Shown here piece by piece: positions 37,194-45,989 of a DNA stretch of 64,000 bases. Made by a program: the position numbers and the translations under genes. The notes beneath the pieces are model-generated. The model worked only from the letters and a program-made list of their open reading frames with translations, did not search any database and was not told where the DNA came from. Origin of the DNA: Patescibacteria group bacterium (GTDB taxonomy: Bacteria; Patescibacteriota; Microgenomatia; UBA12405); assembly GCA_018902845.1 (NCBI GenBank), contig JAHIPV010000020.1, forward strand, positions 74,810 through 138,809, read 5' to 3'. Positions within the stretch are counted from its first letter, which is position 1, and every line of letters starts with the position of its first letter.

Positions 37194-38492
37194 TTACTGC
37201 ATGTGGAGGTATAGAGTCATTTTGCCGTCGGGATGAAAAAGTTTGACGTGGTTGCCTAAACTGCTTGACGGGTTTCTAAAAAAGTAGGCAACACCTTCGT
37301 TAATAGCCAAAATCGTTCTGTTTGATGAAACAAGGTCAATACCGTGGTGGAATTTGTCACTGTAGAGATAAGCATACTTAGTGACTCCCCTGCCTTGAGT
37401 TATTTCGAAAGGATTATTTAAAGGCCAACCATATTGATTAATATATTCCTGCGCGTCTATGTCATTAAAATAACTCCAAACAGAAAGATTTTCTTCTTTA
37501 AGTTGATAAAGACCAAAGTGTAAGTGTGTACCACAATCAGGGCACGTGGGGGATGGTGGTGGAAGAGAAAATCCGGTATTGCCCATTATTCCCAAAGGTT
37601 CACCTTTGCTAACTTGTCTTTTTCCAACAAATTTAGCTTTTAAAAGAGCGCTTAGTTCTTGTTCTGCCTCTGATTTTAGTTTTTGGTAGGTTTTTTCGTC
37701 GTTTTTGGTAATAGCCAAAAGATTGTCTTTGGCTGCTTTTTGTCCAATCAATTCCTTTTTTTGTCTGTCCAGGGTTTCTTGAAGGTTGGCCAGTTCTTCT
37801 TGTTTTTGTTCTTTTTTTTGTTTTTGAATATCATAGTTAGTCCTGACTGTTTCCAGGTTAAGCATGGTTTGCTGGTTGGCTTTTTGAAGAACCTGAATAT
37901 ATTTATATTGTTCAAAGAAGTGGTTAAAGCTTTTGGAGGAAAAAATACTAATGGATGGAATTTTTTTACTTATTTTGTAATTTTCATTGACTTGGCTCAA
38001 AAATAAACTTGATAGCTTGTTTAGATCAACATCAAGTTTATTAATTTCTTGTGTCAATTCGATAATTTCTTTTTTGAGAATTTCTATAGATTGTTCTATT
38101 TGAGAAATTTTTAGAGAAGTCAGCTGAACCTGGGAATTAAGATAGTTGATTTGGTTAGAAAGAGTGTCTTTTTCTTTGGAAAGTTGAATTAGTTTTTCTG
38201 TATATTGGTCTATTTTGTTTTGAATGTCGCCAGGAGTGTTTTGAGCTTGAATGGAAAAAGAAAAAAAGAAAAAGAAAATGAGAGATAAAAATAAAAAAAA
38301 AGCTTTTTTAAAGTTCCGACGGGATTGCCACGTCGTCACGTAATAAATTAAGAAATTTAAACGTGATTTCCTCGCAATGACAGGTGTATCATACTTGCGG
38401 GCGACCGCAAGGGTCGCCCCTACAAAAAACTGGCGCAATGACTGGATGTGATGCTTGATACTGGTGATTATTTTATTCACCCGTTTTATCAT
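37194..38492 (-). CDS. Coiled-coil M23 (LytM-domain) metalloendopeptidase, likely the FtsEX-coupled cell-separation hydrolase
   Basis: C-terminal M23 motifs HLHFGLYQ and HHGIDL after a long coiled coil. It overlaps ftsX by 4 nt (operon ftsE-ftsX-M23). The N-terminal ~55 aa are encoded by repeat modules (38316..38442). Confidence 0.7.
   Translation of the reverse strand: MIKRVNKIITSIKHHIQSLRQFFVGATLAVARKYDTPVIARKSRLNFLIYYVTTWQSRRNFKKAFFLFLSLIFFFFFSFSIQAQNTPGDIQNKIDQYTEKLIQLSKEKDTLSNQINYLNSQVQLTSLKISQIEQSIEILKKEIIELTQEINKLDVDLNKLSSLFLSQVNENYKISKKIPSISIFSSKSFNHFFEQYKYIQVLQKANQQTMLNLETVRTNYDIQKQKKEQKQEELANLQETLDRQKKELIGQKAAKDNLLAITKNDEKTYQKLKSEAEQELSALLKAKFVGKRQVSKGEPLGIMGNTGFSLPPPSPTCPDCGTHLHFGLYQLKEENLSVWSYFNDIDAQEYINQYGWPLNNPFEITQGRGVTKYAYLYSDKFHHGIDLVSSNRTILAINEGVAYFFRNPSSSLGNHVKLFHPDGKMTLYLHMQ
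38316..38442. repeat. Composite repeat (GGGATTGCCACG..GCAATGACAGG module plus the family-A hairpin) inside the N-terminal coding region of the M23 gene
   Basis: ccgacgggattgccacgtcgtcacg ... cctcgcaatgacagg ... gcgggcgaccgcaagggtcgcccctacaaaaaactggcgcaatgac. Confidence 0.85.
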
Positions 38493-39358
38493 TTAATATA
38501 TCTTCTAACTCCTACAAGACTGGCAAGATAAGAAATGGTTACTCCGGCTAAATTGGCAATGCCTAGGATTTTTAGATAATAATTTAAATCAAACCGGATA
38601 AAGGTAACGGGTTTAAAAAAGTTGTTAATATCGTTAGCAAAATGATAGGCCAATAAAGAGGCGATAAGCCAGCCGATAAAAGATCCAAGGATGCCATAAA
38701 TTATCCCTTCAAGAAGGAAAGCTTTTTTGGTATAAAACCTGGAGGCTCCCAAAAGGCGACTGATTTTAATTTCGTCTTTTCTGTTGGTAATTTTCATGCC
38801 TATAATGACAGAAATTACGAAAAAGGCCAAGGTTGCCAAAACGGAAACGAGAATAATTCCAAAACGGCGAATATTGTTAGTCCAGGTTATCAAAGATTGA
38901 ACAACATCTTGTTGATAGATTATTTCATCGACTATGTCTTTTTTTTGGCTGAAATTTTGAGCAATTTGTGAAAGAATATTTGGATTTAAAGCTGAAATTT
39001 CAAAAGATGCCGGTAAAATACTGGCAGTAACCATTTCAGTTAGCATTTGGTTATCCTTGTTTTGTTCTTTGTAGATTTCCAAGGCTTTTTCTTTTGAAAT
39101 AAACCTGATTTCTTTTAGATCTGGATAGCTACTGATTTCTTTTTGAATTGATTCAACGGTGTCTTTATCAAGTCCGTCTTTTAGGAAGATAGTGATTTCT
39201 GGTTTTGATTCAAAAAATTTTAGAGTAGAAGACAATCCGGAGCTAATGATATAGAAAGCGGAAAAGACAAAAAAACTGAAGGCTAAAGTGCTTATGGCAG
39301 CTAAGCTTTGAAACGGAGATCTTCTGATGTGGTGCCAGGTGGTTTTAGAGGTGGACAT
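38489..39358 (-). CDS. ftsX: Cell division permease-like protein FtsX
   Basis: 289 aa with an N-terminal TM, a periplasmic domain and C-terminal 3-TM FtsX architecture; downstream of ftsE. Confidence 0.7.
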   Translation of the reverse strand: MSTSKTTWHHIRRSPFQSLAAISTLAFSFFVFSAFYIISSGLSSTLKFFESKPEITIFLKDGLDKDTVESIQKEISSYPDLKEIRFISKEKALEIYKEQNKDNQMLTEMVTASILPASFEISALNPNILSQIAQNFSQKKDIVDEIIYQQDVVQSLITWTNNIRRFGIILVSVLATLAFFVISVIIGMKITNRKDEIKISRLLGASRFYTKKAFLLEGIIYGILGSFIGWLIASLLAYHFANDINNFFKPVTFIRFDLNYYLKILGIANLAGVTISYLASLVGVRRYIK

Positions 39359-39376
39359 GATTTAAGTATATATGTT

Positions 39377-39424
39377 GGATGACTAGATGACTAGATGACT
39401 GGATGACTGGATGACTGGATGACT
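39377..39424. promoter_or_regulatory. Variable-number tandem repeat, 6 x 8 bp ([A/G]GATGACT), in the ftsE-ftsX intergenic region 19 nt upstream of the ftsX ATG
   Basis: ggatgact agatgact agatgact ggatgact ggatgact ggatgact, preceded by the conserved box gatttaagtatatatgtt. Confidence 0.6.
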
Positions 39425-39432
39425 GGAAAAAA

Positions 39433-40107
39433 TTATTTGGTTGTTTTGGCGGTGTCTTTGACTATTGCTCCGTTTTTTATGCTAATGGTTCGAGTATTTA
39501 ATGATTCTATAAGATCAAGGTCGTGTGTTGCTAAAATGATGGTAGTACCGGTTGATTTGTTGATTTCTTTAAGAAGTTTTATTAATTTCCAAGAATTATC
39601 TATATCTAAATTGCCGGTCGGTTCATCGGCCAAAATTACTTCTGGTTCTATGGCTAATGCTCGTGCCAGAGCAGTTCTTTGCAATTCCCCGCCGGATAAC
39701 TGTGATGGAAACAGAAACCTTCGAGTAGAAAGATCAACTTGTTCTATGACTTGATCAATTCTGGTTTGAATTCGATTTTTGGGATACGAAACTATATCAA
39801 GAGCTAAGGCAATATTTTCTTCTATGCTTTTGTCGGGAATGAGCTGATAATCTTGAAAAATCACTCCGATTTTTCTTCTGGTTTGATCGATTGCTTTTTT
39901 GTTATTTCCCCAAATAGTTCCATTTATAAGAATTTGCCCGTAACTTGGTTTTATTTGTCCTAGGATTAATTTTAATATGGTTGATTTACCGGCCCCGCTT
40001 GGCCCAATTAAAAGAAGAAACTCTCCGTCATTAATTGAGAAATTTGTTTTTTTTAGTGCTGAAACGATACCGTAATTTTTGGAAACTTTTTTAAATTTTA
40101 TTTTCAT
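39433..40107 (-). CDS. ftsE: Cell division ABC ATPase FtsE
   Basis: Walker A GPSGAGKST, ABC signature LSGGELQR, Walker B ILADEPTGNLD; 224 aa. Confidence 0.8.
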   Translation of the reverse strand: MKIKFKKVSKNYGIVSALKKTNFSINDGEFLLLIGPSGAGKSTILKLILGQIKPSYGQILINGTIWGNNKKAIDQTRRKIGVIFQDYQLIPDKSIEENIALALDIVSYPKNRIQTRIDQVIEQVDLSTRRFLFPSQLSGGELQRTALARALAIEPEVILADEPTGNLDIDNSWKLIKLLKEINKSTGTTIILATHDLDLIESLNTRTISIKNGAIVKDTAKTTK

Positions 40108-40202
40108 TCTTGGTAAAAGCTGGTAAATATTTCCATGTAAATTATTATTTTTTTTATTTTGTGGTTATGAGATCCCTCGACTTCGCTCGGGATGACAGAG
40201 GG

Positions 40203-40703
40203 TTACTCTAGCACTTTAACACTGCCTACATCCAAAAGCCAAGAGGTTTTATCGGAGGCATTGGTTTCACCTTTTATTTCTACTTTACGTCCAATAAAAA
40301 GATCCAAATCCAGAACTGATGAGGTTAAAGATGCCCTTTGAGATTCACCCCCTTCTCTTTCCAGAATGTGGGTCCCAACACCATTAATACTTCCTTCTAT
40401 TAGAGTTCCGGTAGCTGAATCTTTAAAAGATTTTTCGGCCTCTCCATAGACGATACCAGTTTTGATGTCTTCGGTTTTTTCGATATTTTTGGCAGAAACT
40501 AATTCTTCTGTTTTTTGAGATTCCGATGCTGTTTTGTTACTGGGAAAAAAACGAGACAACCAAAAACCTACAAAAATAGCTGAAAAAATTACTAAAATTG
40601 CCGAAACTGGAAATTTTCTTTTTGTCTGTTTTGCTTCATTGTTAAATATTTCTGTACTGTCTGGTGCAATTTCTTTTGAATCTAAAAGGCTTGGTATTTG
40701 CAT
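40203..40703 (-). CDS. Hypothetical membrane-anchored protein
   Basis: N-terminal TM helix (VSAILVIFSAIFVGFWL) followed by a soluble domain. No recognisable motif. Confidence 0.3.
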   Translation of the reverse strand: MQIPSLLDSKEIAPDSTEIFNNEAKQTKRKFPVSAILVIFSAIFVGFWLSRFFPSNKTASESQKTEELVSAKNIEKTEDIKTGIVYGEAEKSFKDSATGTLIEGSINGVGTHILEREGGESQRASLTSSVLDLDLFIGRKVEIKGETNASDKTSWLLDVGSVKVLE

Positions 40704-40787
40704 AAATTACAAAAAATTAATAAAAGGTTATAAAAGTATAGCATTGTTTGGCAACTGTTGAGTAATGGTTTTTGTCATTTAATAATC

Positions 40788-41822
40788 TCATTTTATAGAT
40801 TGAGAAATGAAATTTTGCAGATTAGTTATATTGTCAAAACTAGGAAGAAATACCCAGGCTTTGTTTGTGAAATAATCGGGATGATATATAACCCCAGATT
40901 CATCAAACTTATCAAGACCGATGGGAATTTGGTGTTTTTTTAGATCAAGTTTAAATATACCTTTTTTTAGATTAAAAAGAATACTTAATAAAAATTCATC
41001 TGTTATGTTGCTATCGGTTTGACTTTTCCAAAAATTATAAAGCTTGGAAATATTATCCGGTTTAAAAATGAAGTTATTATCTTTTATTTTTGTAAACAAA
41101 GCTTCTATCAAAAGCTGTTGCCGTTGAGATCGGCCTATGTCGGTACCGCCGTTAGTGGCTGTATCGGCATTTTTACGAGATTTGACAAAAGGAGTGATGT
41201 TGTTTTCGTCGAGTTTATTCCATCCTTGATCGAAATTTATTGTCATGTAGGGTTTAGGGCATTTTTGAGGGTCTTTGATATAACAAGGGTCTGGGTATTG
41301 ATCATCCGTAAAAGCATTTTCTAAATAAACGTTGATTGGACCAACAAGTGCAGGTATTTGTGTGAAGCTGTCGGTTTTTATAATCAAAATTCCATCTATC
41401 TTTTGTCCGGTTAGATTACTGAATTTTTTTTGGATAGAAGAAAGGTAATCTTTTTCTGTTTCTTTTGCCTGTGGGTATATGGCGTTTATTTTGGACATTG
41501 ACTCTTGAGTCCATAAATCTCTTGGCAGAGAGATTAGGTGGATTTGTTGGTTGCTTAGGTTTAAAGAAAGAAACAGAATTGTATCGGTAACTGAGGTTTT
41601 TTCCAGCCAATCATCTCTCTTGTCAAGACCGAGCAGAAGAAAGTTTAAACTTGCGGGTAAATTTTGTGATTGCTGGTATGAAGATTTTAGTTTTGTAATC
41701 AGTTTCCGGGGTTGATGGTTTATGGAATAAGAAAAATTGACAAAAAAACGGGTTAAAAAAATAAAAAATAAAGATAAAAACAGAAAAGAAGATGTGAGTA
41801 GTATGGTAATTATTTTTTTCAT
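40788..41822 (-). CDS. LytR-CpsA-Psr (LCP) family cell-wall glycopolymer transferase
   Basis: [41 protein letters not shown] core motif with an N-terminal TM. Confidence 0.7.
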   Translation of the reverse strand: MKKIITILLTSSFLFLSLFFIFLTRFFVNFSYSINHQPRKLITKLKSSYQQSQNLPASLNFLLLGLDKRDDWLEKTSVTDTILFLSLNLSNQQIHLISLPRDLWTQESMSKINAIYPQAKETEKDYLSSIQKKFSNLTGQKIDGILIIKTDSFTQIPALVGPINVYLENAFTDDQYPDPCYIKDPQKCPKPYMTINFDQGWNKLDENNITPFVKSRKNADTATNGGTDIGRSQRQQLLIEALFTKIKDNNFIFKPDNISKLYNFWKSQTDSNITDEFLLSILFNLKKGIFKLDLKKHQIPIGLDKFDESGVIYHPDYFTNKAWVFLPSFDNITNLQNFISQSIK

Positions 41823-42892
41823 AATTTTAATTCTGCCTCTACAAATGCATCTAAATCACCATCCAAAACGGCTGTGGTATTGGATGTTTCATGTTTGGTT
41901 CTTAGGTCTTTTACCATTTTATATGGATGTAAGATATAGGATCTAATTTGATGACCCCAACTGGCCATTATGTTTTTACCTTTAACTTGTTTTTTTTCGG
42001 CTTCCCTTCTTTCTTCTTCTATGGCCCAGACCTTTGAAGTTAACATTTCCATGGCTAGTTCTCTGTTTTGTTGTTGAGAGCGCTGGCTTTGTGATGAAAC
42101 CGTTACGCCGGTAGGTTTATGAGTAAGCCTGACAGCGGTAGAAACTTTGTTGACATTTTGCCCCCCACTACCGCCTGATCTGAAAGCAGAGAATTCGATA
42201 TCTTCATCCTTTACGGGTGGTATGTCTTGCCGGTTAAAAAGTGGGTTAATCTCTACTTTGGCAAAAGAGGTTTGGCGAAGATTGTCAGCGTTAAATGGTG
42301 ATAATCTGACCAAGCGATGAACGCCAGCTTCGCGACGTAATAAACCATAAGCAAAGTTAGCTGATATTTTAAACGTAACTGATTTTATGCCGGCTTCTTC
42401 TCCAGTGATTATGTCAACGAGTTGATATTTCCATTTTTTCTTTTCAAAGAATCTTTGATACATTCTTTGGAGTATTGAGGCCCAATCCATAGCTTCTGTA
42501 CCTCCCTGACCGGCGTGGATGGAAAAAATGGCCTGGTTGGCGTCGTATTTTCCGGATAAATAGGTTTTTAATTCCAAAGCTTTGATTTGTTTTTCTAACT
42601 CAAGCAAATTTTTGTTGTAGTTATTTTTTAGCTCTTCGTCAGTTTCTTGAGAAAGTAGCTTTGAAATTCCTTGGAGAGTTGGAATGTTTGTTTCAATTTC
42701 GTCGATTTGGTTAACTGTTTCTTCTAACAGGGAAATTTGTTTCATTACTGATTGAGCGCTGGTTGAATCATCCCAAAATGAGTTTTGAAGGGATTGTTTT
42801 TTGAGAGTTTCTAGGGTTTTTTGTTTGTTATCGTAATCTAGTTTGTTTTTTAGATCTTGAATGTTTTTTGTTATTGTTTGTAGTTGGGTCAT
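41819..42892 (-). CDS. prfB: Peptide chain release factor 2, encoded without the programmed frameshift
   Basis: GGQ motif ([12 protein letters not shown]) and the RF2-specific SPF motif (RLSPFN). It is a continuous ORF from M1. Confidence 0.85.
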   Translation of the reverse strand: MTQLQTITKNIQDLKNKLDYDNKQKTLETLKKQSLQNSFWDDSTSAQSVMKQISLLEETVNQIDEIETNIPTLQGISKLLSQETDEELKNNYNKNLLELEKQIKALELKTYLSGKYDANQAIFSIHAGQGGTEAMDWASILQRMYQRFFEKKKWKYQLVDIITGEEAGIKSVTFKISANFAYGLLRREAGVHRLVRLSPFNADNLRQTSFAKVEINPLFNRQDIPPVKDEDIEFSAFRSGGSGGQNVNKVSTAVRLTHKPTGVTVSSQSQRSQQQNRELAMEMLTSKVWAIEEERREAEKKQVKGKNIMASWGHQIRSYILHPYKMVKDLRTKHETSNTTAVLDGDLDAFVEAELKL

Positions 42893-42900
42893 AAGTGTGT

Positions 42901-43008
42901 TGTCATTTCGACTGAAATGGAGAAATCTCTGAATTTATTTCAGAAATCCGCCTTTGGCGGATATCTCAGACAAGCTGAGAGATCCCTCGACTTCGCTCGG
43001 GATGACAG
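42901..43008. repeat. Composite ~108-nt 5' leader element immediately upstream of prfB
   Basis: 96% identical to 24621..24728. It contains the CCGCCTTTGGCGG and TCTGAA-ataaa-TTCAGA hairpins. Confidence 0.9.
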
Positions 43009-43013
43009 GTTGG

Positions 43014-43442
43014 TTAATTAGTGTTATTTTTATCATTTTCTAAGTTTTTTGTAATATCTTGATAAATGTTGTCTATGATTGACTTCTTGAGACTGTTTAT
43101 TTGTTTTTGCGGAAAATTTGGAATTTCTTTTTTTATTGTATCAAAAAAAGTGTAAATATTTTTGACTATCTTTGTATCAGTGACACCGAGTATTTTTTCT
43201 TTGGTAGGGTTTGGAAGTTTTTCAAAGTTATCGGATAAAAAAGTGGCAAGATTATTGTTGTTTGGTTGGCTTTCTTCTTTTGAAACAGTTGGATCTGTAA
43301 AATTTTTTTTTGGAGTTTTGTTAATTAAGGAAATTACCCCGAAAATTATGAACAAAAAAAGAGTAATTCTGATGATGTGCTGAAGACTCAATCTGAACGG
43401 TTCTTTTGTTTTTTTGATTCTCTTTTTTTTACGCTTGGCCAC
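43014..43442 (-). CDS. Hypothetical protein with a basic N-terminus and a TM anchor
   Basis: MAKRKKKRIKK followed by a TM helix; no motif. Confidence 0.3.
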   Translation of the reverse strand: MAKRKKKRIKKTKEPFRLSLQHIIRITLFLFIIFGVISLINKTPKKNFTDPTVSKEESQPNNNNLATFLSDNFEKLPNPTKEKILGVTDTKIVKNIYTFFDTIKKEIPNFPQKQINSLKKSIIDNIYQDITKNLENDKNNTN

Positions 43443-43466
43443 AAACTATTTTAGCACTGAGAAGTT

Positions 43467-43694
43467 TTATTTTTTGATAAGTTTTAAAAAGTCTTCAACT
43501 GATATTTCAATTTGTTTTAGAATTGCTCTTAAGGTACCAGTTCTGACAGGACGATTGTGAACAGGGATAACCGTTCTTCGACCATCGTGATGTTTAAAAA
43601 CCACATGACTACCTTTACCTTGACGGGAAATAAAATTGAGTTTAATAAGTACTTTTTCAATTTTTCTTGGTTTTATCTGGGGCAATTTAGTCAT
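43467..43694 (-). CDS. hicA: HicA-family mRNA interferase toxin
   Basis: 75 aa with QGKGSHVVFKHHDGRRTVIPVH (HicA GSH..H motif). Confidence 0.65.
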   Translation of the reverse strand: MTKLPQIKPRKIEKVLIKLNFISRQGKGSHVVFKHHDGRRTVIPVHNRPVRTGTLRAILKQIEISVEDFLKLIKK

Positions 43695-43701
43695 TTAAGC
43701 T

Positions 43702-43974
43702 TCAAGCAAACTGAAAAGGGAAAGGAGTACTGATTTGGGTGGTGGTAATAATATCTTGTTCGGGTTTATCAAGAGGAACAGGTTGATTATCTTCAACAAG
43801 ACTATCTATATAAAGCTGGATAGCATTTTTAACATTAGTTAAAGCCTTTTCAATAGTGTCACCATCATCAGCGACACCCAGTGTAGGACACAAGGCAGTA
43901 TAGCCTGGCTTGTTGGTTCCTGTTTGTGTGTCCGGGCTGATAATGATCCGATAGTTTAGAATTTGAGTTTGCAT
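43702..43974 (-). CDS. hicB: HicB-like antitoxin (UPF0150 RNase H-fold domain only)
   Basis: YRIIISPDTQTGTNKPGYTALCPTLGVADDGDTIEKALTNVKNAIQLYIDSL matches the HicB N-domain pattern. It is immediately upstream of hicA. Confidence 0.55.
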   Translation of the reverse strand: MQTQILNYRIIISPDTQTGTNKPGYTALCPTLGVADDGDTIEKALTNVKNAIQLYIDSLVEDNQPVPLDKPEQDIITTTQISTPFPFQFA

Positions 43975-44007
43975 ATACTATAGTTTAGCAAATCAGGTAA
44001 AAATAAG

Positions 44008-44655
44008 CTATTTCGTTTGGGTGGTGATTTCGAGAATTAGATCGTCTTGTTGAATTTGATCAAGAATTTCGAGGCCGGAGACAACTTCACCAAAATTGAC
44101 ATAATCATTGGTTAAATGCCGGCAACCTTCCGTTTTAAAACAAATGAAAAACTGAGAATCGTTGCTATATTCTTTTGTGTCGGCGGTTCTGGCAAGACCT
44201 AGACTACCACGAACAAAAGGAAGATTGTTTAACTCTGATTTTTGCTTACCGCCACCGGTACCAGTTCCCAATGGGTCTCCGCCTTGGGCCATGAAACCAT
44301 CTATAACACGGTGAAATTTAAGATTGTCGTAAAAGCCTGAATTAACTTTTTCTAAGAAATTTTTGACTGTATTGGGGCATTTATCAGCGTAAAGTTTTAT
44401 AATTATTTGACCGTTTTTGGTTTTTAGTCCGATTATTGGGTTTTGATCATTTGGCATATTTGGTTGGGTTTGATTATTAACTGTTGATTGGCTTGAATCA
44501 GGAAGTGAGGAAGGCCGATCTGTCTCTTCTGGGATTTCTGCTTTTTTGGGCAAAAGAGTGCAGGCGGAGAGGAAAAATAGAGAGGCTAAAAATGGAAGAA
44601 TTAAAATCGCTTTTCCCCCTTCGGGTGACTGCGCTTTGGCTTGGTTTTGTTTCAT
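44008..44655 (-). CDS. Cyclophilin-type peptidyl-prolyl cis-trans isomerase lipoprotein
   Basis: FHRVIDGFMAQGGDP..GTGTGG cyclophilin core. The N-terminal signal has the lipobox FLSAC. Residues 3-14 (QNQAKAQSPEGGK) come from the repeat at 44616..44648. Confidence 0.8.
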   Translation of the reverse strand: MKQNQAKAQSPEGGKAILILPFLASLFFLSACTLLPKKAEIPEETDRPSSLPDSSQSTVNNQTQPNMPNDQNPIIGLKTKNGQIIIKLYADKCPNTVKNFLEKVNSGFYDNLKFHRVIDGFMAQGGDPLGTGTGGGKQKSELNNLPFVRGSLGLARTADTKEYSNDSQFFICFKTEGCRHLTNDYVNFGEVVSGLEILDQIQQDDLILEITTQTK

Positions 44656-44696
44656 ATGAGGTAGTATAGCAGTTTGATTTAAACTCTGCTTGTTGC

Positions 44697-44740
44697 GGGC
44701 GACCGCAAGGGTCGCCCCTACAAAAATTTTTAGAGTGATG
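44697..44740. repeat. Family-A hairpin repeat, intergenic
   Basis: gggcgaccgcaagggtcgcccctacaaaaattttt. Confidence 0.85.
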
Positions 44741-45521
44741 GGAAAATTATTAGAATTTTTTTGTGACCTAGGTTGATATCTTCTTTTTTGCCTGAAGCTG
44801 GAAAATCGTGGATTGATTCCATTAACAGGGAGTAAGAGTATTTAAAATAAGCGCCGTGGCGAGTGCCAACGTCATGAACAGTAAATTGGGAATTGTTATC
44901 GTCATAGCCCAGAATGACCAGATTGTGATAATAAGGACCACCGTCATTAAAATGTTTGTTTTCTTTAAAAAGGGTTTTACCATTAGCCGGAATTATTATA
45001 GGGATATTTTGGGAAATATAGTTCTTGATTTGGTCGATAGTAGGATTATCAATAATTTCTGTTTGATAGTTCAAATAATTTTTGGCAATTCGGGCCATTT
45101 GCTGTAAATTAACGTCTTTGGTAAAGTCTTGTTGTTTTTCGTAATCAATCATAGATAGGATTGATTGGACTATTTGTTTTTCAGACGGCTTTTGGTTTTT
45201 GTAATAAAAATCAAGGGTTAAAAGAGCGGCTTCTTCACAAGCGTCTTGCCAGGGCTGATCCCAGTTTTTTTGCGGGGCTTGTTCTACAAAGGTAGTTTTA
45301 ATTAGCTTGGATTGGGGAAGAGAAGGCTGAGTAACAGAAGGCGAGACTGGTGTGCCGGTGGTTTGAGGTGTAAAGGATTGGGTTTGGGAGTTTGGAGAGA
45401 TTTGAGTGGGTTTTTGTTTTAGTTTTTTTAAAAAAAGAAAAAAAAGGCCAATAAATTCAAAAGAAAACAAGAATAGCGAGATAAAAAGATATAAGCTTTG
45501 TAATTTGCTTAGTTTTGTCAT
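44730..45521 (-). CDS. Secreted/membrane-anchored C39-like (papain-fold) peptidase domain protein
   Basis: N-terminal TM, a low-complexity S/T/P/Q linker, then WDQPWQDACEEAALLTLDFYY with a C39_2-like Cys. The start ATG at 45519..45521 sits in the composite leader element terminus. Confidence 0.45.
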   Translation of the reverse strand: MTKLSKLQSLYLFISLFLFSFEFIGLFFLFLKKLKQKPTQISPNSQTQSFTPQTTGTPVSPSVTQPSLPQSKLIKTTFVEQAPQKNWDQPWQDACEEAALLTLDFYYKNQKPSEKQIVQSILSMIDYEKQQDFTKDVNLQQMARIAKNYLNYQTEIIDNPTIDQIKNYISQNIPIIIPANGKTLFKENKHFNDGGPYYHNLVILGYDDNNSQFTVHDVGTRHGAYFKYSYSLLMESIHDFPASGKKEDINLGHKKILIIFPSL

Positions 45522-45610
45522 TTCGACCAAAGCGGAGAAATCTCTTGACCACTAGCTTCTAAAAAAGATTGGGAGGTTGGGAGATCCCTCGACTACGCTC
45601 GGGATGACAA
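45516..45610. repeat. Composite 5' leader element variant supplying the start codon of the C39-like gene
   Basis: tgtcatttcgaccaaagcggagaaatctcttgaccac...gggagatccctcgactacgctcgggatgacaa. Confidence 0.85.
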
Positions 45611-45612
45611 AC

Positions 45613-45966
45613 TTAATAATTAAGATTTTTTTGATTAAATTGATCTAGGTCTAAGTCATTTAAGTCGAGTTGCATTTTGGGTTGAGGTATGACTTTTTCC
45701 CAGTTAACCTGACTCATTGTATTTTCCATCCAATTACTAAAAAAATTACCAAGATTCATTTTGGAAAAAATATAAATTGTGGCTGCAAAAATTACAATAC
45801 TGCCAAAAAGTCGTCCCAAGGAAAAGAAAATACCGGCGGTGAAGTTAGCCCAAGCAAATTTGAGTGGATTAGCAGAATAAATCATGAATTTGTTTTTGTT
45901 GCCAAATTCGTCGAGTTTGTTGTTTAGGTTCTTGAGCTGTTGGGTTAACCCCGTTTCTTCTTCCAT
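45613..45966 (-). CDS. Hypothetical small membrane protein
   Basis: 117 aa with a central hydrophobic segment. Confidence 0.3.
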   Translation of the reverse strand: MEEETGLTQQLKNLNNKLDEFGNKNKFMIYSANPLKFAWANFTAGIFFSLGRLFGSIVIFAATIYIFSKMNLGNFFSNWMENTMSQVNWEKVIPQPKMQLDLNDLDLDQFNQKNLNY

Positions 45967-45989
45967 GATGTTTTAAGTATAATCTAAAC

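Noticed and set aside
39377-39424. DnaA-box cluster or oriC (minus-strand octamers GTTATCCA and GTCATCCA resemble TTATCCACA)
   Set aside because: The match is only 6-7 of 9. The arrays are perfectly tandem, unlike oriC architecture, and occur upstream of three unrelated genes. No dnaA, dnaN or AT-rich DUE is nearby.
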